DNA of 43,784 bases, taken from an uncultured Anaerolineaceae bacterium (GTDB lineage: Bacteria; Chloroflexota; Anaerolineae; Anaerolineales; Anaerolineaceae). Positions 25,203 to 33,924 of this stretch are shown piece after piece. The notes under the pieces are model-generated. The model was not told the origin of the DNA, made no database searches, and was given only the letters and a program-made list of their open reading frames with translations. The translations under genes were made by a program, and so were the position numbers. The stretch's first letter is position 1. Each line of letters starts with the position of its first letter. The DNA is taken from positions 1 to 43,784 of the forward strand of contig CAYVWM010000001.1 in NCBI GenBank assembly GCA_964455505.1, in the 5' to 3' direction.

Positions 25203-26541
25203 CACAGAGAATCAGCCGCAAAAGGACGAAGGCATTTATCTCGGCGATCCTAACTGCCCCATCTGTCATGGGCTGGGTTTCGTTGGAAAGGATGTTCCTT
25301 TTGGGGACCCTGAATTTGGCAAGTTGCAGATCTGCAGCTGCCGTATGAAGGACGTCACTGCCCTTCAAAGAGATCGCCTTTTTCAGTTAAGCAATCTTGG
25401 CGCTTTGAAAGATTTGACTTTTTCAAACTTTCAACAACGCGGAAGAGTTGGGCTGGGTGTTCAACAGGCTAATTCTCTTGAACAAGCCTACAATTCAGCC
25501 CAAAATTTTGCCGGTTCACTAAAGGGGTGGCTGCTGTTGTTGGGCAGATATGGATCAGGTAAAACCCACCTTTCTGCAGCAATTGCCAACCAGGCAGTTT
25601 CAATGGGTGTGCCAACCCTTTTCCTGACAGTGCCCGACCTTCTGGATTGGCTTCGGTTTGCTTATTCTGATACCAGCGATACGGATTTTGAAACCCGCTT
25701 TGATGAAATCCGTAATATACCTCTCTTGGTAATGGATGATTTTGGGACGCAAAGTTCCACAGCATGGGCACAGGAGAAATTATTCCAGATCATCAATCAC
25801 CGCTACATTAAGAAACTGCCAACGGTGATTACAAGTAATCATCAACTGCATAATTTTGAGGGACGCATACGCTCCCGTCTGTTGGATCCAGAGCTGGTTA
25901 CCAGGGTGGACATCTTGGCGCCGGACTACCGCAATCCTACCGATGATATCGGCCATCATGAACTTTCCACCCTTAATTTTCACGCCCGGCAAACTTTTGG
26001 GTCTTTCAGTTTGCGCAAAGACGAGGGTTTGTTGGCTGAAGATGTTCAATCCTTAAAGGATGCTTTCACTATCGCTCAGGAATACGCGGCTTCTCCTGAG
26101 GGTTGGTTGGTCTTTATGGGCCCTTTCGGGTGCGGGAAGACCCATCTGGCAGCTGCTATTGGAAACCACCAGGCCGCTATGGGAAACCCACCGCTGATGG
26201 TGGTCGTTCCTGATTTATTGGACCATCTGAGGGCTACCTTCGGTCCTACAAGTAACATCAGTCTGGATAGGCGCTTTGAGGAAATACGGTCTACAAGGCT
26301 GCTTATACTGGATGATCTTGGGACCCAATCGGCCACACCCTGGGCTAAAGAAAAAATCTATCAACTGTTCAATTTTCGCTATAACGCTGAGCTGCCAACG
26401 GTGATTACAACCTCCACCCACCAATCGGAGATTGACCCCAGGTTGCTGAGCCGCATGTTAGATCTCCGCCTTTGCCAGATGGTAAGTATGCATACTCCAA
26501 GTTACACAGGCGGCAAGTTGTATAAGCATTCCAGGAAATAG
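25129..26541 (+). CDS. Tandem-duplicated DnaC/DnaI/IstB-like AAA+ helicase-loader protein with an N-terminal zinc motif
   Basis: Two complete AAA+ modules are present. Module 1 has Walker A GRYGSGKTH (25543-25566), Walker B LLVMDDFG, sensor PTVITSN and Arg RIRSRLLD. Module 2 has Walker A GPFGCGKTH (26119-26142), Walker B LLILDDLG, sensor PTVITTS and Arg RLLSRMLD. The N terminus carries CPICHGLG...CSC (25255-25341). The start is uncertain (GTG 25117, ATG 25129, or TTG 25150 with TAGGAG upstream), and all three options overlap the upstream gene. Confidence 0.8.
   Translation: MKPIGAILSTLENSVKSHPNEGPNNTENQPQKDEGIYLGDPNCPICHGLGFVGKDVPFGDPEFGKLQICSCRMKDVTALQRDRLFQLSNLGALKDLTFSNFQQRGRVGLGVQQANSLEQAYNSAQNFAGSLKGWLLLLGRYGSGKTHLSAAIANQAVSMGVPTLFLTVPDLLDWLRFAYSDTSDTDFETRFDEIRNIPLLVMDDFGTQSSTAWAQEKLFQIINHRYIKKLPTVITSNHQLHNFEGRIRSRLLDPELVTRVDILAPDYRNPTDDIGHHELSTLNFHARQTFGSFSLRKDEGLLAEDVQSLKDAFTIAQEYAASPEGWLVFMGPFGCGKTHLAAAIGNHQAAMGNPPLMVVVPDLLDHLRATFGPTSNISLDRRFEEIRSTRLLILDDLGTQSATPWAKEKIYQLFNFRYNAELPTVITTSTHQSEIDPRLLSRMLDLRLCQMVSMHTPSYTGGKLYKHSRK
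25543..26410 (+). repeat. Intragenic tandem duplication, period 576 nt (192 codons)
   Basis: The Walker A codons at 25543 and 26119 are exactly 576 nt apart. An identical 19-mer CTGCCAACGGTGATTACAA occurs at 25816-25834 and 26392-26410, also 576 nt apart. Confidence 0.9.
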
Positions 26542-26559
26542 AACTTGTAAGCACAAGTT
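26542..26559 (+). terminator. Weak terminator-like hairpin after the dnaC-like gene
   Basis: AACTTGT, loop AAGC, ACAAGTT, followed by the T-rich GGTTTATAATATTTTT. The stem is short and AT-rich. Confidence 0.35.
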
Positions 26560-26694
26560 GGTTTATAATATTTTTCTTGTGCACCATGATAGATAATTAT
26601 CTGGTATCATTATGGTGTTTATTTGCTAGTGGTATTAGAACCGCGTGGAAATATCCTGCCTTGTGCAGGTTATTGTATGTTAATAGAAGGAATT

Positions 26695-28881
26695 ATGGAA
26701 AAAATTATTCGTGAAACGCCCAATAGTTTTGATCTGCCTTATCGGATCAAACGCCTTGCCAACCTTGCCCACAACCTGTGGTGGGTCTGGAATCCAGAAG
26801 CAGCCCGTTTGTTCAAAGAGATCGACCCTCTTATTTGGGAAGAAACCAATCACAATCCAATTGTTTTCTTGCGTAGAGTCCCGCGGGAAACTTACGATGA
26901 TCTCATCAAAGATCGCTACTTTTTGGAGCGTTATAACCGGATCACCCGTGCCTTCGACCGTTATATGAAAAGCCCCGAGACCTGGTTTACACACAGTTAT
27001 CCAAGCCTTGAACAGAAGCAAATAGCTTACTTTTCCTTTGAATACGGTCTGCATGAATCCCTGATGGTATACGCAGGCGGTTTGGGTGTGCTTTCTGGTG
27101 ATCATCTCAAAGAAGCCAGTGACCTGGGCTTACCGCTCACAGCAGTTGGTTTCTTGTATACCTATGGATATTTCTCCCAAAAGATCACTGAGGATGGCTG
27201 GCAGGAAGCCCGAAATGTGCAGATTTCGTTTGATGATATTCCATTAATTGCTCTCTATGATGAGAACCATGAGCCCATCAAGATATCCATCGAACTGCCT
27301 GGCCGCACAGTCTTTGCCCGGTTGTATGAACTCAGGGTGGGTAGGGTCAGTCTGATCCTGCTGCAAACGAATATTCCAGAAAACAATCCTCAAGACAGGC
27401 AATTAACCGATCGACTTTACATCAGCGACCCCGAACTGCGCATTTCTCAGGAAATGCTCTTAGGTATCGGTGGGATGCGCGCCTTGCAAAAATTGGGTTA
27501 CAAGCCCGATATTTACCACATGAACGAGGGGCATTCTGCCTTCCTGACGCTGGAACGCATCCGACAATACATGGTGGAAGGCAAAACGCTTGAAGAAGCA
27601 CAGGAATTAGTAAAACTTACCGGCATCTTTACCACGCACACCCCTGTTCCGGCTGGAAATGACGAATTCCCCACCTGGTTGATTGACAAGTATTTCGCGA
27701 ATTTCTGGCCGAAATTAGGCATGGATCGCGAACAATTTGTGAGCATTGCCAATGTGAAACAGGATTGGGGCGGAGAAGCCTTCAGCATGCCCATTTTAGC
27801 CATGAAATTGTCTAATTATAGGAACGGTGTTTCCAAGATTCATGGGCAAGTGTCGCGTCAAATGTGGCAAGAACTCTGGCCGGATAAAGCCGTCGAGGAT
27901 GTTCCGATCAGTTATATTACCAATGGCATTCACACCGGCACATGGCTGGCGCGCCGTCTTGGAAATCTGTTTACTCACTATCTTGGTGTCGATTGGAAAG
28001 ATCGAATCGACGACCCAACAGTTTGGGAAGCAATTGAAGCGATTCCTGATGAAGACCTCTGGCGTGTTCGCCAGCACTTAAAGCGAAAATTGGTCGCTTA
28101 TATGGTGGGGCGTGCCCGAAACCAGTGGATTACCAACAGTGTTCACCCTGTTCAGACGGTCGCAAGCGGTGTTCTTTTGGATCCGTATGCCCTGACCATT
28201 GGCTTTGCCCGCCGATTTGCTACATATAAGCGAGCCAATCTTGTGTTCAGGGATCCAGAAAGATTATTGGGTATTGTTACCAATGCCAATAAGCCTGTTC
28301 AGATCATTTTTGCCGGCAAGGCCCACCCTGCCGATGAACCTGGTAAGCACCTGATCCAGGAAGTTTATCGGCATGTTAAGGATGCCAAATATGGCGGAAG
28401 GCTGGTATTCCTGGATGATTACGACATGGATATGGCCCGTTATCTTGTACAGGGTGTGGACGTTTGGCTGAACACGCCACGCCGTCCAAGAGAAGCCTCT
28501 GGGACCAGCGGCCAAAAAGCCGCCTTGAACGGCACTTTGAACTTCTCAGTCCTCGATGGGTGGTGGGCTGAAGGGTATAACGGCATGAATGGCTGGGCGA
28601 TTGGGGACTCAACCGAATATGCCTCACAGAATGAGCAGGATGCTGCTGATGCTGAAAGTCTTTATAACACGCTTGAGCATGAAATTGTTCCCCTTTACTA
28701 TACCAAGCGGTCTGCCGACGGGCTTCCTGGTGATTGGATTGAACGTATTAAGGAAAGTATTCGCACCTTAGCCCCCACTTTTTCCATGACACGCATGGTC
28801 AAGGAGTATACAAACACTCTGTATTACCCTGCTCTGCAATCTGCTGGTGAGACACCAATATCCGTATCTGAGGAAAAGTAA
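26695..28881 (+). CDS. glgP: Alpha-glucan (glycogen/maltodextrin) phosphorylase, GT35, short GlgP type
   Basis: LAHNLWWVWNPEA, YFSFEYGLHESL..YAGGLGVLSGDHLKEASDLGLP, the PLP region GKAHPAD..GK, and EASGTSGQKAALNG are present. ATG at 26695 follows GAAGGA. The ORF-track start at 26623 is less likely. Confidence 0.9.
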   Translation: MEKIIRETPNSFDLPYRIKRLANLAHNLWWVWNPEAARLFKEIDPLIWEETNHNPIVFLRRVPRETYDDLIKDRYFLERYNRITRAFDRYMKSPETWFTHSYPSLEQKQIAYFSFEYGLHESLMVYAGGLGVLSGDHLKEASDLGLPLTAVGFLYTYGYFSQKITEDGWQEARNVQISFDDIPLIALYDENHEPIKISIELPGRTVFARLYELRVGRVSLILLQTNIPENNPQDRQLTDRLYISDPELRISQEMLLGIGGMRALQKLGYKPDIYHMNEGHSAFLTLERIRQYMVEGKTLEEAQELVKLTGIFTTHTPVPAGNDEFPTWLIDKYFANFWPKLGMDREQFVSIANVKQDWGGEAFSMPILAMKLSNYRNGVSKIHGQVSRQMWQELWPDKAVEDVPISYITNGIHTGTWLARRLGNLFTHYLGVDWKDRIDDPTVWEAIEAIPDEDLWRVRQHLKRKLVAYMVGRARNQWITNSVHPVQTVASGVLLDPYALTIGFARRFATYKRANLVFRDPERLLGIVTNANKPVQIIFAGKAHPADEPGKHLIQEVYRHVKDAKYGGRLVFLDDYDMDMARYLVQGVDVWLNTPRRPREASGTSGQKAALNGTLNFSVLDGWWAEGYNGMNGWAIGDSTEYASQNEQDAADAESLYNTLEHEIVPLYYTKRSADGLPGDWIERIKESIRTLAPTFSMTRMVKEYTNTLYYPALQSAGETPISVSEEK

Positions 28882-28895
28882 ATTTGGAGTTAGCA

Positions 28896-29438
28896 ATGGA
28901 AATATTTCTCTCCCCTGCAGCCTGGTTAGGAGCCTTTGGGGTTTTTGCCTTGCGCGTGGTCAACATTACCCTGGACACACTGCGTTTCATGCTCACGATG
29001 CGCGGAAAGAAAACTATTTCGTGGATTTTAGGATTTATTGAGTCCATCCTATTTGTCGTGGTAATGGGCGCAGTTTTGCAGGATCTCAACAACATCCTCA
29101 ACATTGTGGGTTATGCTGCCGGCTTTGCCACAGGCAATGTGGTCGGCATGGCTATTGAAAAGCGGCTGGCGGTGGGATTTTCTCACATCAGTATTGTCAG
29201 CCGTCAGAAGGGTATGGCAGTAGCAGAAGCCCTGAGGGCAGCCGATTTTGCTGTTACAGAAATTCCAGCACGCGGCAAGGATGGCATGGTTTCACTATTA
29301 AATTGTTCTGTCCGCCGCAAAGAGTGCAAGGATGTTGAACAGATTGCGCGCGATGTCGATCCGGAAGCTTTTATAACCGTAGAAGATATCACACCCATGC
29401 AGCGGGGTTATTGGGGTACAGGTTCTTTGCGCCGCTAA
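28896..29438 (+). CDS. UPF0316 family membrane protein (DUF2179-containing)
   Basis: Three N-terminal TM helices (FALRVVNITLDTLRFMLTMRGKK...) plus a C-terminal soluble domain are typical of UPF0316/YebE-like proteins. ATG at 28896 follows GGAG. Confidence 0.7.
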   Translation: MEIFLSPAAWLGAFGVFALRVVNITLDTLRFMLTMRGKKTISWILGFIESILFVVVMGAVLQDLNNILNIVGYAAGFATGNVVGMAIEKRLAVGFSHISIVSRQKGMAVAEALRAADFAVTEIPARGKDGMVSLLNCSVRRKECKDVEQIARDVDPEAFITVEDITPMQRGYWGTGSLRR

Positions 29439-29461
29439 ATACGGGAGTCCTTTTTTCAAGA

Positions 29462-30124
29462 ATGGGTGCAGCGTTAATTTTTGATTTTGATGGTCTGATT
29501 CTGGATACAGAAACTCCAGAGATGCTTCTTTGGGAGCAGCGCTTTGCGGCTGCCGGTGGTGCTTTTGACCGTAAAGCGTATCAAAGCATTATAGGATCGT
29601 GGGAATCGGATGGCTATGATCCCGGGCTTGAGTTGGCGAAGTTACTCAAGAACGGTGCCTCCCCTGACAAATTGTTATGGGAAGTGCGCAACGAAGCTGT
29701 TGGCTTTATTAATCAGCAGCCTCCGCTCCCGGGAGTGGATCGGGTTATCGATACTGCCCGAAAGTTGGGCTACAGGCTCGGGGTTGGATCCAGCTCACCG
29801 CGCGATTGGGTGGTTGGGCACCTCAAGCGCCTGAACCTCTTTGGTTTTTTTGACGCAGTGGTCACCTTTGATGATGTAAGCCAAAGTAAACCCTCCCCAG
29901 AAATATTCCTGAAAGTACTGCACTTGTTGGATGTAGGTGCGGCGCAGGCATTGGTCCTGGAAGATTCGCACAATGGCATTTTGGCAGCCAGACGGGCAGG
30001 CATCAGGGCTGTAGCGGTGCCTAACCCGGTGACAGATGGACAGGATTTTTCGGGCGCAGAGGAGGTTCTTTCTTCGCTATTGCAGTTGGATCTGACATCC
30101 TATTTCCCAAACCACAAGGGATAA
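29462..30124 (+). CDS. HAD-superfamily hydrolase (beta-phosphoglucomutase/phosphatase-like subfamily IA)
   Basis: Motif I FDFDGLILDTE, motif II VGSSS, and motif III-IV K...EDSHNG are present. Confidence 0.8.
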   Translation: MGAALIFDFDGLILDTETPEMLLWEQRFAAAGGAFDRKAYQSIIGSWESDGYDPGLELAKLLKNGASPDKLLWEVRNEAVGFINQQPPLPGVDRVIDTARKLGYRLGVGSSSPRDWVVGHLKRLNLFGFFDAVVTFDDVSQSKPSPEIFLKVLHLLDVGAAQALVLEDSHNGILAARRAGIRAVAVPNPVTDGQDFSGAEEVLSSLLQLDLTSYFPNHKG

Positions 30125-30156
30125 GCAGCTGCTGCAAAAAAAACAGCGTCATTTTT

Positions 30157-30187
30157 AAAGCCTGAGTTTATTCAGGCTTTTTTATTA
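30157..30187 (+). terminator. Rho-independent terminator
   Basis: AAAGCCTGA (30157-30165) pairs with TCAGGCTTT (30172-30180), followed by TTTATT. Confidence 0.7.
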
Positions 30188-30257
30188 TTCTTTCAACCTG
30201 CTCAGGTCAATTGGTTTGCAGTATACTTTGTTATTATTTACAAAAAAGGGAGTTGTG

Positions 30258-32744
30258 ATGGATCTGAATACCTCTGAATTCTATTTTGGTCGGGTTTATG
30301 ACCTCGCTGCGAAACAAGCGCTGGAAGACAAGCCGATTTTCTACGATCCGGCAGATCTGACTACCCACGGTGTCATCACCGGTATGACCGGTTCAGGTAA
30401 GACCGGTATGGGTATTATTCTGTTGGAAGAAGCTGCGCTGCAAGGGATTCCTGCCATACTCATCGATCCAAAAGGTGACCTGACTAACCACTTGCTGCAT
30501 TTTCCGGATCTTCGGGCTGCGGATTTTGCACCCTGGGTGGATCTGGACGCTGCTGCCCGGGAAGGCAAGACCCCTGAACAAGCGGCTGAAGCGGCAGCAG
30601 CCTTGTGGTCTAAAGGCCTGGCTGGTTCAGGGATTACGCAGGAACGGATGCAGCAGTTATCTGAAAAAGTGGATTATGCAGTCTACACCCCTGGTTCTAA
30701 TTCTGCTATCCCTGTCAGCATTCTTTCCTCATTGAAGTGCCCAACCATTGGTTGGGAAGAAAATGCAGAAATGCTGAGGGAAAGCATCGCAAGCACGGTC
30801 ACAGCGCTGTTGGAATTGGTTGGGGTCAAGGACATTGACCCGGTTCGTTCGCGGGAACACATCCTGCTTTCGAATATTTTTGAGAATGCCTGGAGTAAAG
30901 GTCAGGACCTGGATTTGGAATCCTTGATTTTACAGACCCAAAATCCACCTTTTGAAAAATTGGGTGTTTTCCCGATTTCAAAGTTCTATCCGGAAGATGA
31001 CCGCTTTGAATTGGCGATGCTTCTCAATAATTTCCTGGCCGCCCCTGCTTTTGGCAGCTGGCTTGAGGGGCAGCCCTTGGACATTGGTGCGTTTCTATAC
31101 ACGCCATCCGGCAAACCGCGCCACAGCGTTTTTTACCTGGCACATTTGGCTGATGCAGAGCGGATGTTCTTTATCACATTACTTTACTCAGCGATTGAAA
31201 CCTGGATGCGGAGTCAGGCTGGCACAACCAATTTGCGCGCTTTGGTGTATTTTGATGAAATTGTCGGCTATTTGCCCCCAATCGCGAACCCACCCAGCAA
31301 ACCCATCATCCTGCGCATGCTCAAACAAGCCCGCGCTTTTGGTGTTGGTTTGGTGCTTTCTACCCAGAACCCGATCGATCTGGATTATAAAGCGCTCTCC
31401 AACGCAGGCACCTGGATCATAGGAAAATTGCAGACAGATCAGGACAAGCAGCGTTTGTTGGATGGACTTACGAGTCTTGCTGCAGGTCTGGACCGGGCAT
31501 ATTTCGATAAAACTATTTCTGCTCTCGGAAAGCGGGTTTTCCTGCTCCACAACGTTCATGAAAAGGCGCCTGCAGTTTTCACAACCCGCTGGGCGATGAA
31601 TTATTTGCCTGGACCCATTACCCGCAACAAATTGCAGGACCTGAACAAAATGGTTGGCGCTGGTGAAATTATCCAGGCAAGCAGCGCGGGAGCCACCTCT
31701 GCAGGAGCGGTCAGCGCTGCAGAAGTGACTGGAATGGGTAAGTCAGACTTGCCGGGACGGCAAACCGAGCCTGCATTATCGTCTGATGTCACTGTACATT
31801 ACCTGCCTCTGAATCGGGGCCTTTCTGATGCAATTACTGAGGTTACTGAAAAAATGCGCGGCACGCCGCCGAATCCGCTTTATCATTATCAACCAGCGCT
31901 GATTGGGCAGGCAACAGTTTACTTTGCCAACCGCACCTACAATGTGGATACCCAAACCAGGCTTGCCGTTCGAATCCCGAAGCTGGAAGGGCGGGGATTG
32001 GTGCGCTGGCAGGATTTCCAGACGGATCCCATTGATACAGCGGATCTCGAAAGCCGTCCACTGCCTAATGCCACCTTTGGCGACCTGGTTTATCCTTTTG
32101 ATGATGAAAAGAATATCAAGGATCTTTCCAAAGATTTTTCTGAGTGGATCTACCGATCGCAAACGCTTACGCTTTTTACCAACGACAAACTAAAACTGAC
32201 ATCCAAACCAGGTGAGAGCCTGGAGGATTTTGAAAAGCGCTGCAAGGAGGAAAGTACGGTTTCTTCTTCAGATGCAATCGCAGCAATCGAGGAAAAGTAC
32301 AAGAAATTAAAGAAAACCATTGAAGACAAGAAATTGCGCGAAGAGTTGGAACTTGAAAAGGACAAAACTGTTCTCAATCAACGGCGCGGCGAGGAGGCGC
32401 TCAAGGGGGTTGAGAACATTGCTAAATTGTTTACCAAGCGCAAAACAAGCCTCAGCACTTCAATGTCCAAACGCCGGATGACCGCTACTGCCAAAGCAAA
32501 TGTCAAAGAATCTGAAGAAATGATCAAACGTTATGAAGAGCAGTTGGCAGAGTTGGATGCGAAGATGCAAGCTGATATTGAGGAATTTAAATCTGATAGC
32601 ACTGAGATGGCGGGCACCATTCGCGAGGTAACCGTCACGCCCCTCAAGAAGGATATCGTTTTGGAAATGTTTGGTCTTGCCTGGCTGCCCAATTACGCCT
32701 TTAAAGATAGTGAAGATTGGCTGATGGTAGCTGGAACCAAGTAG
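30258..32744 (+). CDS. HerA-like / DUF853 (YjgR-like) P-loop NTPase with a long C-terminal extension
   Basis: HGVITGMTGSGKTGMGIILLEEAALQGIPAILIDPKGDL contains the Walker A (30381-30407). Walker B is ALVYFDEIVGY, followed by ARAFGVGLVLSTQNPIDLDYKALSNAGTWIIGKLQ. This is the pattern of HerA/FtsK-clade DUF853 ATPases. About 350 further residues include a Lys/Glu coiled coil (about 32230-32600). ATG at 30258 follows GGGAG. Confidence 0.75.
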   Translation: MDLNTSEFYFGRVYDLAAKQALEDKPIFYDPADLTTHGVITGMTGSGKTGMGIILLEEAALQGIPAILIDPKGDLTNHLLHFPDLRAADFAPWVDLDAAAREGKTPEQAAEAAAALWSKGLAGSGITQERMQQLSEKVDYAVYTPGSNSAIPVSILSSLKCPTIGWEENAEMLRESIASTVTALLELVGVKDIDPVRSREHILLSNIFENAWSKGQDLDLESLILQTQNPPFEKLGVFPISKFYPEDDRFELAMLLNNFLAAPAFGSWLEGQPLDIGAFLYTPSGKPRHSVFYLAHLADAERMFFITLLYSAIETWMRSQAGTTNLRALVYFDEIVGYLPPIANPPSKPIILRMLKQARAFGVGLVLSTQNPIDLDYKALSNAGTWIIGKLQTDQDKQRLLDGLTSLAAGLDRAYFDKTISALGKRVFLLHNVHEKAPAVFTTRWAMNYLPGPITRNKLQDLNKMVGAGEIIQASSAGATSAGAVSAAEVTGMGKSDLPGRQTEPALSSDVTVHYLPLNRGLSDAITEVTEKMRGTPPNPLYHYQPALIGQATVYFANRTYNVDTQTRLAVRIPKLEGRGLVRWQDFQTDPIDTADLESRPLPNATFGDLVYPFDDEKNIKDLSKDFSEWIYRSQTLTLFTNDKLKLTSKPGESLEDFEKRCKEESTVSSSDAIAAIEEKYKKLKKTIEDKKLREELELEKDKTVLNQRRGEEALKGVENIAKLFTKRKTSLSTSMSKRRMTATAKANVKESEEMIKRYEEQLAELDAKMQADIEEFKSDSTEMAGTIREVTVTPLKKDIVLEMFGLAWLPNYAFKDSEDWLMVAGTK

Positions 32745-32763
32745 CCTTTTACCTATTACAAAT

Positions 32764-32791
32764 AATGCGCCGGCTGAAAAGCCGGCGCATT
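32764..32791. terminator. GC-rich bidirectional terminator hairpin between convergent genes
   Basis: AATGCGCCGGC (32764-32774), loop TGAAAA, then GCCGGCGCATT (32781-32791). Confidence 0.7.
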
Positions 32792-32814
32792 GTTATCCCG
32801 GTATCTTATAAATT

Positions 32815-33795
32815 TTAATCAACGGGCTCGGCGTTGACGATATTTCCAAACTGGTTTACTTCGAGCTGCCAGGTGCTGCCCGGCTGAGCCATCTGGAAAA
32901 GATTTAGGTCTGAGGTTGTTAGGGCTACATTTTGGCCGTCAATATTAAAGGTGATTTTATAGGTTTCTTGCTGGGCGCCAAATCGCTGGCTGCTTGCAAG
33001 ATTAGCGCTTGGCCAGTACGGGTCAAGGTCAGTTCCACTGGTCACCAGGGTATCTATCGCGGTCCAAGCCCAGGTTTCGTATTCGCAATAATCATCGTAG
33101 ACCCTGTAGACACAATCCTGGACGACTTCGCCCAAACCGGTGCCGGTATCGATAGTATAGGGTTCACCACAAATTTCCGTAGAATTAGCCACAAAAGAAG
33201 GCGACTCGTATCGGAATTGCTGGGCACAGCGTATGTTCTCAGCATCTGAAGGTACGGCATCATCCCATCCGCTCTGTCTCACCAATTGGTATCCCTCAAG
33301 CACTATACTGCGCTGCCATCCGATAGCGCTGACGGTTGCGTTGACCTGGTCTGTTTTTGACATTTGTGAGAGAAAGATGCCGCCCAGAATGCAGATTGCC
33401 AAGACAGCAAGGATAATGATCAATAGCGTGCTTTTGGGCATGGGTTTTGCTGGAGCGGGTGCAGCGGGTTTGGCGCTTTCTTCCAGAATTGCCCCACTTT
33501 CTCGTACCTTGGCTCCCACGGTAAGGTCGCTGCCGCAATTGGTACAGCGTTCTGCATCGCCAAGGTTGCGCGTGCCGCAGTATGGACAGTGTTTATCCGG
33601 ACCGCTTTGCGCCATTCGGATGAGCGCTTCATCTTTGATGAAGTCAAAGGTTTCAGGATCGACCTTTTCAAAATGGACATCCTCAGGCTGGGGTGCTCCG
33701 CAACTTGTGCAGGTTTTGATTGCTCCAGGGTTTTTTGTGCCGCAAGAGTCGCAAGTCCAGACCAATTGAATATAGCCTAAGATTTTTCGCGCCAT
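32815..33795 (-). CDS. Double zinc-ribbon, single-pass membrane protein of unknown function
   Basis: Two CxxC-x10-CxxC ribbons (CDSCGTKNPGAIKTCTSCG and CPYCGTRNLGDAERCTNCG), the TM helix LLIIILAVLAICILGGIFL, and a Cys-containing C-terminal domain of about 190 aa. RBS AAGGAGG. Confidence 0.7.
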   Translation of the reverse strand: MARKILGYIQLVWTCDSCGTKNPGAIKTCTSCGAPQPEDVHFEKVDPETFDFIKDEALIRMAQSGPDKHCPYCGTRNLGDAERCTNCGSDLTVGAKVRESGAILEESAKPAAPAPAKPMPKSTLLIIILAVLAICILGGIFLSQMSKTDQVNATVSAIGWQRSIVLEGYQLVRQSGWDDAVPSDAENIRCAQQFRYESPSFVANSTEICGEPYTIDTGTGLGEVVQDCVYRVYDDYCEYETWAWTAIDTLVTSGTDLDPYWPSANLASSQRFGAQQETYKITFNIDGQNVALTTSDLNLFQMAQPGSTWQLEVNQFGNIVNAEPVD

Positions 33796-33924
33796 ACCGC
33801 CTCCTTGATGGCTGGTTGGAATGGATACAACACCATTATATTATAGCTAATGCCGTGAAAAACAATGGTCTCTTGTCTAAAACTGATGGTCTGAGCAAGC
33901 TCAAAGGGCAAACCAGTTTTCAAA

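Noticed and set aside
22528-26541. Interpreting the dnaB / DnaD-domain / DnaC-like cluster as a prophage or IS21-type (IstB) mobile element.
   Set aside because: The window has no integrase, transposase (IstA), terminase, capsid or tail genes, and no flanking direct repeats. The neighbouring genes are ordinary housekeeping genes. A phage origin in the evolutionary sense cannot be excluded, so this is recorded as a finding to test.
30258-32744. The HerA-like NTPase as the motor of an anti-phage defence system.
   Set aside because: No nuclease, Sir2, NurA, DUF4297 or other effector gene is adjacent. The gene is bracketed by terminators and flanked by housekeeping-type genes. There is not enough evidence to call it a defence system.
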